Shown here in pieces: positions 45,069-53,543 of a stretch of 64,000 nucleotides of DNA. The notes below the pieces were generated by a model that saw nothing but the letters and a program-made list of their open reading frames with translations, ran no database searches and was not told the origin of the DNA. The stretch spans positions 160,001 through 224,000 of the forward strand of contig PSPG01000001.1 of the NCBI GenBank assembly GCA_003193925.1, read 5' to 3'. This DNA comes from Candidatus Thalassarchaeum betae. Lineage in GTDB: Archaea > Thermoplasmatota > Poseidoniia > Poseidoniales > Thalassarchaeaceae. Made by a program: the position numbers and the translations under genes. The number at the start of each line of letters is the position of its first letter. The stretch's first letter is position 1.

Positions 45069-46205
45069 ATGGCAGAGATGTGGATATCGATGGGTCCCCA
45101 GCACCCGATGACCCACGGTCTTTGGACGCTCAAAGTCAAGGTCGACGGCGAGACCGTCGTCGACACCGAGCCCGACTTGGGATTCATCCACCGAGGCGTC
45201 GAGAAAATCTGCGAGGCTCGCGATTTCACCCAGATCACGACCTACTGCGACCGGCTCTGCTACGCCAGCGCCAACACCTGGTCCCATTCCTACATCTACG
45301 CGACCGAGGACCTGCTCGAAGTAGAGGTACCAGAGCGAGCAGAGTACATCCGACTGGTCGCCATCGAACTGCAGCGTATCGCGAGCCACCTGATGTGGCT
45401 CGGAGCCTACGGACCCGACACCGGCAACCTGAGCATCATGGTGTGGTGCCTGCGAGAGCGCGAGATGATGATGGATCTGCTGCAGGAGCTCGGCGGCTCG
45501 AGGCTGCACTACAACTTTCCACGTGTCGGCGGGGTGAAGCGCGACCTACCGCACGGCTTCGCCCAGCGAGCCCGCGCCAAGGTCAACCTGTTCCTCAATC
45601 GCATCCAGGAGTACGAAGCGCTGTTCGACGAGAGCACCGTCTTCCTCGTTCGCACTCAGGGCGTTGGCTACGCCAAGCCCGAGGAGATGGTGAACCACGG
45701 CGTCACCGGCCCCAACCTGCGAGCCGGTGGCGTGAACTACGACGTGCGCTGGGCCCATCCCTACGGTGTCTACAGCGAACTCGACTGGGAGCCACCGGTC
45801 GAGCGCTCGTCGATCAAGGGCGCCGACTGCTACGACCGCTACAGGGTCAGGGTGGAGGAGATGCGGCAGAGCGCGAACATGGTCTTGCAGGCTTTGGACA
45901 AGATGCCGGGAGGCGCGGACACATACCACGAGCCCGGCGACCCCATGATTCTCGCCAAGGCCCCCAGCCGCGCCCCGGAGGGGACCAGCGGAGCACACCA
46001 CTTCGAGGACAGCCGAGGTGAGTCGATGTTCTATATCGTCGGAGGAGGAGAGAACAGGGGAAAGCATCCCTACAGAGTCTCCATCCGCTCTCCGATGTTC
46101 ATCACGATTCCATACGCAGCGAAGTGCATGATTGGCTACAAGGTGGCCGACATCCCGGCCATCATGGGGTCCTTCGACCCGTGCATCGGGGAGACAGACA
46201 GGTGA
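45069..46205 (+). CDS. nuoD: Complex I-like subunit D (FpoD-like)
   Basis: GPQHPMTHG, GFIHRGVEK, DRLCY, ELQRIASH and DPCIGETDR motifs. Confidence 0.96.
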   Translation: MAEMWISMGPQHPMTHGLWTLKVKVDGETVVDTEPDLGFIHRGVEKICEARDFTQITTYCDRLCYASANTWSHSYIYATEDLLEVEVPERAEYIRLVAIELQRIASHLMWLGAYGPDTGNLSIMVWCLREREMMMDLLQELGGSRLHYNFPRVGGVKRDLPHGFAQRARAKVNLFLNRIQEYEALFDESTVFLVRTQGVGYAKPEEMVNHGVTGPNLRAGGVNYDVRWAHPYGVYSELDWEPPVERSSIKGADCYDRYRVRVEEMRQSANMVLQALDKMPGGADTYHEPGDPMILAKAPSRAPEGTSGAHHFEDSRGESMFYIVGGGENRGKHPYRVSIRSPMFITIPYAAKCMIGYKVADIPAIMGSFDPCIGETDR

Positions 46206-46214
46206 GGTGATAGC

Positions 46215-47792
46215 GTGGCGAGCAGCGATTGGTTGGATGTGAACGGCTGGTCAGAGTCGTTCTCGAGCTGGTCGATGGACAGCGTCCACGACGCCCTCCC
46301 ATCCGACGATATCGACTTGCAGATGACCATCCCGAGCACTTGGGCTTGGCCAGAGCCCATCACCATCGGCCCGATCTTCAACATGCAGGAAGACTTCGCG
46401 AGCATGCAGCCCGGCTTGGAGGCTTTCATGCATGCCACCATCATGTGCACAGTCGTCTTCACCGTCCTGATGCTGACGATGCTGGCGATCCCCTACATCG
46501 AGAGGAAGTTCATCGGTCGGCTGATGGACAGGCTCGGCGCCACGACCACCCTGAGAAGCCTCTGGGTCGGCGAGAGCGGAGTGACAGCAGGTGAGTGGTG
46601 GAAGCAGCTGCCGTTCGGCATGGGGACCCCCATTGGATGGACCGTCAACCTGCTGAATTCGATTTGGGGCAACAGCCACGAGTTGGAGACGGTCTCTCGG
46701 GTCAACAACCGCAGTTACCACGGTTACTGGTTCCTACTGCCAGGATTCTTCCAGGCGTTCGCCGACTTCCTGAAATTCGCGTCCAAGGAGCACATCGTTC
46801 CAAAGAACGCCGACAAGGTCGTCTTCGAGGTAGCTCCGGTCATCATCATCTCGACCACCATCCTGGTGTTCGCCTTCATCCCGTTCGGACCGCACATCTA
46901 TGCGGCCAACTCCGAACTCTCCCTCATCTTCATGATGGCTATCTTCGGAGTCGCTCCGCTGGGGGTCTTCTTCGCTGGGTGGGCATCCAACAACAAGTAC
47001 GCCCTGATTGGCGGAATGCGCTCCGCTGCCCAACTCACCGCCTACGAGATACCACTGCTCATCACAGTCCTCGGGGTCGCGGTGCTCAGCGGCTCGTTCA
47101 ACATTATCGAGATCGTCGACTTCCAGATGGGCCAGGATGAAGGCAACGTCTGGAACATCTTCCTGTTGCCTCTGGGTGCGGCCCTCTTCCTCATCACCAT
47201 GATCGCCGAGGTCGAGCGCATCCCGTTCGACATGCCCGAGGCCGAGGCCGAGCTCGTCGAGGGCTGGTGGACCGAGTACGGCGGCATCCGCTGGGGTCTG
47301 ATGTTCGCCGCCGAGTACATGCGCTCGTACGCCGCGTGCATCCTCTTCGCGCTCTTCTTCCTCGGTGGCTGGGAGGCACCGTTCCAGCACACGCTCTCCG
47401 GCCTGCCCACAGTGGGTGGCACCTTCGAGGCCGTGTTCGCTGCCACCCCAGGCCTCGTCTGGCTCCTGATCAAGGCTTGGCTGATGTTCGCCGTGTTCGT
47501 CTGGATCCGCGCCTCTCTACACAGGGTGCGCACGGACCAGATACTGGAGTTCGGATGGCGCTGGCTCCTGCCGCTCTCTTTGGTCAACCTCGTAGTAGCA
47601 ATCATACTGCGTCTTGAGTTCTGGACCGGGCAGCCTTGGGAGCTATGGGTCCCGGCCGCGCTCTCGCTGGCCGCGCTCGCACTGTTCGTGATACTCGCGA
47701 TTGACGAGGACGAGGACGCGCTGCAGGCCCAGCGCAGACCGTACAGCACGCAGGCTGTGGTCAAGGCATCGCCAGGGAGCCACAGGGACTAG
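46215..47792 (+). CDS. nuoH: Complex I-like subunit H, with N-terminal extension and loop insertion
   Basis: ERKFIGRLMDRLG, QAFADFLKFASKE, GWASNNKYALIGGMR, RIPFDMPEAEAELVEG and RVRTDQ motifs. Confidence 0.95.
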   Translation: MASSDWLDVNGWSESFSSWSMDSVHDALPSDDIDLQMTIPSTWAWPEPITIGPIFNMQEDFASMQPGLEAFMHATIMCTVVFTVLMLTMLAIPYIERKFIGRLMDRLGATTTLRSLWVGESGVTAGEWWKQLPFGMGTPIGWTVNLLNSIWGNSHELETVSRVNNRSYHGYWFLLPGFFQAFADFLKFASKEHIVPKNADKVVFEVAPVIIISTTILVFAFIPFGPHIYAANSELSLIFMMAIFGVAPLGVFFAGWASNNKYALIGGMRSAAQLTAYEIPLLITVLGVAVLSGSFNIIEIVDFQMGQDEGNVWNIFLLPLGAALFLITMIAEVERIPFDMPEAEAELVEGWWTEYGGIRWGLMFAAEYMRSYAACILFALFFLGGWEAPFQHTLSGLPTVGGTFEAVFAATPGLVWLLIKAWLMFAVFVWIRASLHRVRTDQILEFGWRWLLPLSLVNLVVAIILRLEFWTGQPWELWVPAALSLAALALFVILAIDEDEDALQAQRRPYSTQAVVKASPGSHRD

Positions 47793-47803
47793 GAGGTGGG
47801 AAG

Positions 47804-48772
47804 ATGAGTTACAAGGCTAACACAGGACACCCGCACGCGACCCCGAACTTCCGCAATCTCCTCATCCGCCCGATGTGGATGACGCTGAAGACCGCGCTCA
47901 GGACAGTCCCCTTCGTCGGCAAGGCGAGATTCCTGAAGAACGACTACCACGGCCAACCCACGGTCATGGTCGACCAGACCACGATGGAAAGGGTCGGACC
48001 GGAGCATCCGAGCGCCGGCCAGAAGTTCGCTCCTGACCGGGAGACCAGCCAGGTCATGCCGTTCATCGAGCGTCCGGTCACGGTGATGTACCCGTACGAG
48101 CGTCTCGAGGACCTCGAGCCATGGCTCTTCGTCCCCGGAAATTACTTCGGTCGAATCGGAATAGTCTGGGAGACGTGCACATCGTGCAAGTTGTGTATCC
48201 GTGCCTGTCCAAACGACTGCCTCCACATGACCACTGAATTGCGCGTCGATGTTCTGGATCTCCCCGATGAGGACGATGAGTGGCACGGCTACGGAAGCGA
48301 ACTCGAGGAAGGCGGCTACGCAGCCAGGGAGAAGGAGGAATACGACGAGATCGCCGTCGGCTTCGACTTGATCAACGCCCACGCCGACGCGCCTCAGCAG
48401 TACGACTTCGCCGAGGTCATCGAGATCTCTGGCGACAAGGCGACTGTGCGGTGGTCCGACGGCTCGGGAATCGAGACCGTTGACTCATCCTCGCTGAAGC
48501 GAGCCGAGCAGGACATAGTCTCTGGGCAGATCGACCTAGGGCGATGCATGTTCTGCGGACTGTGCGCCGAGGCGTGCCCGTTCGAGTCCTTCTTCATGAC
48601 GAACGAGTATGACGGAATGTCGGGGTTCTCTCGCGAGGAGCTCTGGATGGACGCCAGTAGGACCCGCTTGCTCCCCGCGGTGCATCAGGAAAGAGTCGAC
48701 ATGGAACTCGCTAAGCGCGCTGAGAGGGAGGAGAAGAAGCGCTCTAGGAAGGCCGCTAGGGCGGAGGCCTGA
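47804..48772 (+). CDS. nuoI: Complex I-like subunit I (2x[4Fe-4S]) with a large insertion
   Basis: VTVMYPYE, CTSCKLCIRACP and IDLGRCMFCGLCAEACP motifs. Confidence 0.92.
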   Translation: MSYKANTGHPHATPNFRNLLIRPMWMTLKTALRTVPFVGKARFLKNDYHGQPTVMVDQTTMERVGPEHPSAGQKFAPDRETSQVMPFIERPVTVMYPYERLEDLEPWLFVPGNYFGRIGIVWETCTSCKLCIRACPNDCLHMTTELRVDVLDLPDEDDEWHGYGSELEEGGYAAREKEEYDEIAVGFDLINAHADAPQQYDFAEVIEISGDKATVRWSDGSGIETVDSSSLKRAEQDIVSGQIDLGRCMFCGLCAEACPFESFFMTNEYDGMSGFSREELWMDASRTRLLPAVHQERVDMELAKRAEREEKKRSRKAARAEA

Positions 48773-48777
48773 GGCGA

Positions 48778-49047
48778 ATGCAGATCGACTTCGAGGCGCT
48801 GGTGTTCGTCATTCTCGCAGCGACCGCCATAGGCGGCGCGCTGGGATGCGTCTACGCCCGCCGTGTCGCGCGCTCCCTGCTCTGTCTCATGATGACCTTC
48901 TTCGCGGTCGCGGGCGTCTTCGTGATGGCCAGCGCAGAGATGCTAGCCGCGGTCCAGATTCTCGTGTACCTCGGCTCGGTTATGCTCGTCGTCCAGTTCG
49001 GAGTCATGCTCACCCGCAGGCAGATACAGGAGGGTGACATCGAATGA
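48778..49047 (+). CDS. nuoJ: Complex I-like subunit J, N-terminal half
   Basis: AEMLAAVQILVYLGSVMLVVQFGVML motif. Confidence 0.9.
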   Translation: MQIDFEALVFVILAATAIGGALGCVYARRVARSLLCLMMTFFAVAGVFVMASAEMLAAVQILVYLGSVMLVVQFGVMLTRRQIQEGDIE

Positions 49048-49310
49048 GGGCACTATCGGCACTGGCCCGATTTGGAGTATTCGCATTCATCCTCATCCTG
49101 CTCTCCGAGGTCATGTCACACCCGATGTGGGGCTCGAGTGAGACACCCCCATCCACACTCGACTTCGCTGTCGCTCTGTTCAATGAGTGGTCGATGGCGA
49201 TCGTGGTGCTGGGCGTGCTGCTGGCGATGGCCATGATCGGTGCTTCTTACCTCGTGCGCGACGAGCGTTTGGCCAACCTGATTTGGGACTTGGAAGGTGA
49301 TGACCAGTGA
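49044..49310 (+). CDS. nuoJ: Complex I-like subunit J, C-terminal half
   Basis: LFNEW...VLGVLLAMAMIGA; ATGA overlap; split J is also seen in archaeal Fpo-like operons. Confidence 0.8.
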   Translation: MRALSALARFGVFAFILILLSEVMSHPMWGSSETPPSTLDFAVALFNEWSMAIVVLGVLLAMAMIGASYLVRDERLANLIWDLEGDDQ

Positions 49311-49609
49311 TCGAGGCCAGCTGGATAGCCGGCCTCGGCGTCATACTGTTCGGGGTGGGTCTGCTAGGCGCGTTCACTCGCAAGAACGCTATTGTGGTAC
49401 TGATGTGCATCGAGGTGATGCTGAACGCGGCCAACCTCAACTTCGTCGCCGGTGCTGCGCACTACGGCGACGTCAACGGCTGGGTGTTCACGGCTATCGC
49501 AATCGCAATCGCAGCCGCTGAGGTCGCAATCGGGCTCGCCATCCTGTTGTCTCTGTACAGCACGCAGGAGACGATCTCTCTCGACGAGGCGAATATTCTG
49601 AGGAACTAG
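49307..49609 (+). CDS. nuoK: Complex I-like subunit K
   Basis: LMCIEVMLNAANLN and AAAEVAIGLAI motifs. Confidence 0.95.
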   Translation: MIEASWIAGLGVILFGVGLLGAFTRKNAIVVLMCIEVMLNAANLNFVAGAAHYGDVNGWVFTAIAIAIAAAEVAIGLAILLSLYSTQETISLDEANILRN

Positions 49610-49617
49610 GTGGGAGC

Positions 49618-51945
49618 ATGAGCGAATCGAAGAACGAGTGGCACCTTCTACTGCCTATCCTGCCGTTCCTAGCTGTCGCACCTTACCTCCGTTCGATCGG
49701 TTGGGAGTCCGTCGATGCCGCCTACCTGATCGTCGTGATCCCGCTGCTGATCTTCCCCCTGATTCTGATTCTGGGACAGATGTTCAACGGCAACGTGACA
49801 TGGAAGCACCGTTACAAGGAGGGAGGTATCTTCGCCCTCGGCGCCCTTGCTCTGTCTCTCAGCATAGCCGTCTGGATACTCTATGACTACCTGGTCGGCT
49901 CAGCTCACTTCGAGTCCGCCTCCGTGGTCGACCCCTTCTCGTGGCTGACCTTCGACGTTCTCGAGCAGAACGGCTCGCAGTGGGAGCTCAGCACCGGCTT
50001 CGCCGACATTGGCGTGGGCGTCTGGATAGACTCAATCAGCTTGATGCTGCTGTTCGTCGCGACCTTCCTGTGCTTCCTGATCTGCTGGTTCAGCCTCGGC
50101 TACATGAACATGGACTCGATCAACGAGGACCGCAACCACCGCTTCTACGGGGAGTTCGTGCTCTTCGGCATCGGCATGTTCGGCATGGTCCTCGCTGACA
50201 ATTTCCTGTGGCTGTTCATCTTCTGGGAGATAATGGGGCTCTGCTCGTATCTCCTCATTGGCTTCTACTTCTGGAAGGAGAGTGCAGCCTACGCCGCCAA
50301 GAAGGCCTTCCTGACTACCCGGGTGGGCGATGTGTTCCTAGTGGTCGGCCTGGTGATTCTCTACGACATCTACGGCTCACTGGAGTTCGCCGTGATCTTC
50401 GACGACCCGTCGACTGGCGTCGGCGGATCGCTCGTCGACTCCGGGGAGCTGTTCTGGGCGCTGATGATGCTCTTCATCGGAGCCGTCGGCAAATCCGCCC
50501 AGTTCCCGCTCCATGTCTGGCTGCCCGACGCGATGGAGGGCCCGACGCCCGTCTCTGCGCTCATACACGCGGCGACGATGGTGAACGCGGGACTCTACCT
50601 CGTCGCTAGGATGGTGCCGTTCGTCGACATCGGCCACGGTGGTGTCGCAGGACTCGAGGACCTCGGCCTGATCATAGCCTGGATAGGCGGTATCACGGCG
50701 TTCATGGCCGCCGCCATCGCCTTCGTCCAGAACGACATCAAGAAAGTCCTTGCCTACTCGACGATGAGCCAACTCGCCTACATCTTCACAGGCTTGGGCG
50801 CAGCACTCTTCCTCCTCAACATCGGCGAGCAGAGCGCCGGCTACTTCGTGCTGGGCGCCTCGATGTTCCATCTGTTCAACCACGCTATGGCCAAGGGGAT
50901 GCTGTTCATGGCGAGCGGCTCGGTAGTCCACGAGCTCCACCACGCCCACGACCACGTCCGCAAGCTCAGCCTCAAGTACAGCGCTCACGAGGGCGAGGAC
51001 CCCTTTGCCTTCGATCCGCTGGACATGCGCAACATGGGCGGCCTGGCCGCAAGGATGCCGGTCACTGCAACAGCGATGATGTTCGGCTCGATGTCGATTA
51101 TCGGCATCCCACTCATCGGCGGCTTCTGGTCCAAGGAAGGAATCATCGCCGAGACTTGGGCCGCCTGCCTGAAAGAAGAGCCGATGATGTTCGTACCCGC
51201 CCTGCTCATCCTCGCGACTGCTGGCATGACGGGTTTCTACATGACGCGGATGTGGCTGATGACCTTCGCCGGCTCGCCCAAGAGCGAGGTGGTCGGGCAC
51301 GTCCACGAAGCGACGCCCTGGATCAAGGAACCGCTGATCATCCTAACTCTCTTCGCTGCCATCGGCGGATTCGCCCTTGCCGTGCTGGGAGCCGTCAACT
51401 TCCTCGGTAGCGAGCATGACCACCTCGGCTTGGCGCACGGCAGCGCTTTGGACGAGGTGATCTACCAGCTCGAGCACGCTTTCCTACCTGAGGACACCAA
51501 CATGCGACTGATCGGCTGGACCACGATACTACTGGCTCTGGTCATCGGACCCGTGATGGCTTCTCGCATCCACGGAGGGAGACTCATCGAGGGAGTCGAA
51601 GCCACGCCCCTGGTAGCCTGGCTGGTGAACCTGTCAAGCCGCCTCGGCTCGCAGGACGTCGACGAACTCGCCAACTCGCAACTCGCCGAAGCCCTGCAGA
51701 GGAGGCTGTACTTCGACGACCTATACGAGATGGTGTTGGCGAAGACCGTGGTTCCGTTCGCTGCATTTGCCGCCTGGTTCGACCAGAACGTCATCGACGG
51801 CGTCATCAAGCAGGTCGAGTCCAATTCGGTCTTCGGCTCGGTCCAGATTCGCAGATTGACCACGGGCAGCGCCCGCGACTACATCCTGATGGCAGCGGTC
51901 GGGATGCTCTCCGTCTTCGCACTGGTATGGGGGGTGAGCGCCTGA
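49618..51945 (+). CDS. nuoL: Complex I-like antiporter subunit L
   Basis: WEIMGLCSYLLIGF, GKSAQFPLHVWLPDAMEGPTPVSALIHAATMV and KKVLAYSTMSQL motifs. Confidence 0.96.
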   Translation: MSESKNEWHLLLPILPFLAVAPYLRSIGWESVDAAYLIVVIPLLIFPLILILGQMFNGNVTWKHRYKEGGIFALGALALSLSIAVWILYDYLVGSAHFESASVVDPFSWLTFDVLEQNGSQWELSTGFADIGVGVWIDSISLMLLFVATFLCFLICWFSLGYMNMDSINEDRNHRFYGEFVLFGIGMFGMVLADNFLWLFIFWEIMGLCSYLLIGFYFWKESAAYAAKKAFLTTRVGDVFLVVGLVILYDIYGSLEFAVIFDDPSTGVGGSLVDSGELFWALMMLFIGAVGKSAQFPLHVWLPDAMEGPTPVSALIHAATMVNAGLYLVARMVPFVDIGHGGVAGLEDLGLIIAWIGGITAFMAAAIAFVQNDIKKVLAYSTMSQLAYIFTGLGAALFLLNIGEQSAGYFVLGASMFHLFNHAMAKGMLFMASGSVVHELHHAHDHVRKLSLKYSAHEGEDPFAFDPLDMRNMGGLAARMPVTATAMMFGSMSIIGIPLIGGFWSKEGIIAETWAACLKEEPMMFVPALLILATAGMTGFYMTRMWLMTFAGSPKSEVVGHVHEATPWIKEPLIILTLFAAIGGFALAVLGAVNFLGSEHDHLGLAHGSALDEVIYQLEHAFLPEDTNMRLIGWTTILLALVIGPVMASRIHGGRLIEGVEATPLVAWLVNLSSRLGSQDVDELANSQLAEALQRRLYFDDLYEMVLAKTVVPFAAFAAWFDQNVIDGVIKQVESNSVFGSVQIRRLTTGSARDYILMAAVGMLSVFALVWGVSA

Positions 51946-53543
51946 TCGACGACCCCCTGTCTGTACTCACCCTCCTACCTCTGGCCGCTGGTCTGATCTT
52001 GCTGGTCCTGCCTCAGATCCTGCCCAGCCGATCTGCAGGCGGCCTCATGCGCGTTTCCCGCAACATCAGCATGGGCGTGGCGCTTGCCATCGCCGTGCTC
52101 ACCACCATGCTGTTCGTCGGCGAGATCGGCAATATAGACTGGACCAACATCACCCAAGGAGGCTACGTCCTCGAGAACGAGCCCGTGTCCCTCATCCCCT
52201 CGATCGGGGTGACTTGGAAGGTAGGCGCAGACGCACTGTCTTTCCCGATGATCTGGCTCACAGCGGTCCTCATCCCTGTCTCGATGCTGGTCGAGTGGGA
52301 CGCCAAGAGGGGCCACCTCTTCCACCCACTGCTCCTGCTGATGGAAAGCGCGCTCATAGGAGTCTTCGTCGCCCTCGACCTGTTCGTCTTCTTCGTCTTC
52401 TGGGAGCTGACCCTGATTCCGATGTTCCTGCTCATCCTCGTATGGGGTGGGGAGGACCGGCGCTATGCGGCGATGAAGTTCTTCATCTACACATTCACGG
52501 CGAGCGTCTTCATGCTGGTCGGCATCCTCGTCATGTACTTCCACACCGATTCAATCTCCGGCCTCGGCAGCCTGTCAGGGCACCACTTCGACTTGGTTGC
52601 AATGACCGCTCAGGACAATCTGATTCCGAGTGAGGGCCTCAGGCATTTCGTCTGGCTTCTCCTGCTCATCGGCTTCGCCACCAAGATGCCCAGCGTCCCG
52701 TTTCACACTTGGCTGCCTGACGCCCACGTCGAAGCTCCCACAGCAGGCTCTATGCTGCTGGCTGGAGTGATGCTGAAGATGGGCGCCTACGGTTTCCTGC
52801 GAATCGCGGTCACTGTCTTCCCCGAGTCCACGGTGGTGTTCATCCCGCTGCTGATAGTGCTGGGGATGGTGAGTCTGGTCTACGGCGCATGGGTCTGCAT
52901 GGGCCAGACCAACCTCAAGCGCATGGTCGCCTACTCCTCGGTGTCTCACATGGGGCTGATCTTCCTCGGCATCGCCACGATGCAGCCGTTGGGCGTCGCC
53001 GGCGCGCTGTTCATGATGTTCGCTCACGGCATCATCAGCCCGCTTCTGTTCGCGGTGGCTGGCGCCTTCAAGCACCACTACCACACGCTAGAGATCGGCG
53101 CGATGAGGGGCATGGCGCACCACAGTCCGTGGCTTGCGGGACACATGATGTTCGGCTGGATGGCGAGCCTCGGTCTGCCGCTGCTCGCCGGCTTCGTCGC
53201 CGAGGTCACCATCATGATCGCATTCTGGATGTCCTTCGGCTGGCTGGTCCTGCTGCCGGCACTCACTCTCATCGTCACAGCCGCGTACTTCGTGACCTCG
53301 ATGCAGCGTACCATCTTCGAGTCGAACGACCCGCATCAGGGGGTCCTGCCTGACACCCTGCACGGCGAGAATCCCAGTGACATAACCTGGCATGAGAACA
53401 TCGGGATGTTCGTACTCGTCGGCATGATCGCGCTGTTTGGCATCATGCCGTTCATCTTCTGGGACATGATGTCCGACTGGAGTTCCGGCTTCGTGCTCGA
53501 TACGCTGGTGGAAGCGATGCAGTCGCAGGGGTGGAAGCCATGA
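51942..53543 (+). CDS. nuoM: Complex I-like antiporter subunit M
   Basis: FFVFWE, KFFIYT, PFHTWLPDAHVEAPT and AYSSVSHMG motifs. The start is either CTG 51942 (SD-spaced) or ATG 51927. Confidence 0.95.
   Translation: MIDDPLSVLTLLPLAAGLILLVLPQILPSRSAGGLMRVSRNISMGVALAIAVLTTMLFVGEIGNIDWTNITQGGYVLENEPVSLIPSIGVTWKVGADALSFPMIWLTAVLIPVSMLVEWDAKRGHLFHPLLLLMESALIGVFVALDLFVFFVFWELTLIPMFLLILVWGGEDRRYAAMKFFIYTFTASVFMLVGILVMYFHTDSISGLGSLSGHHFDLVAMTAQDNLIPSEGLRHFVWLLLLIGFATKMPSVPFHTWLPDAHVEAPTAGSMLLAGVMLKMGAYGFLRIAVTVFPESTVVFIPLLIVLGMVSLVYGAWVCMGQTNLKRMVAYSSVSHMGLIFLGIATMQPLGVAGALFMMFAHGIISPLLFAVAGAFKHHYHTLEIGAMRGMAHHSPWLAGHMMFGWMASLGLPLLAGFVAEVTIMIAFWMSFGWLVLLPALTLIVTAAYFVTSMQRTIFESNDPHQGVLPDTLHGENPSDITWHENIGMFVLVGMIALFGIMPFIFWDMMSDWSSGFVLDTLVEAMQSQGWKP

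Noticed and set aside
48778-49310. Split nuoJ as a frameshifted pseudogene
   Set aside because: The second half has its own GGTGA SD and an ATGA overlap, and split J is known in archaeal Fpo-like operons.
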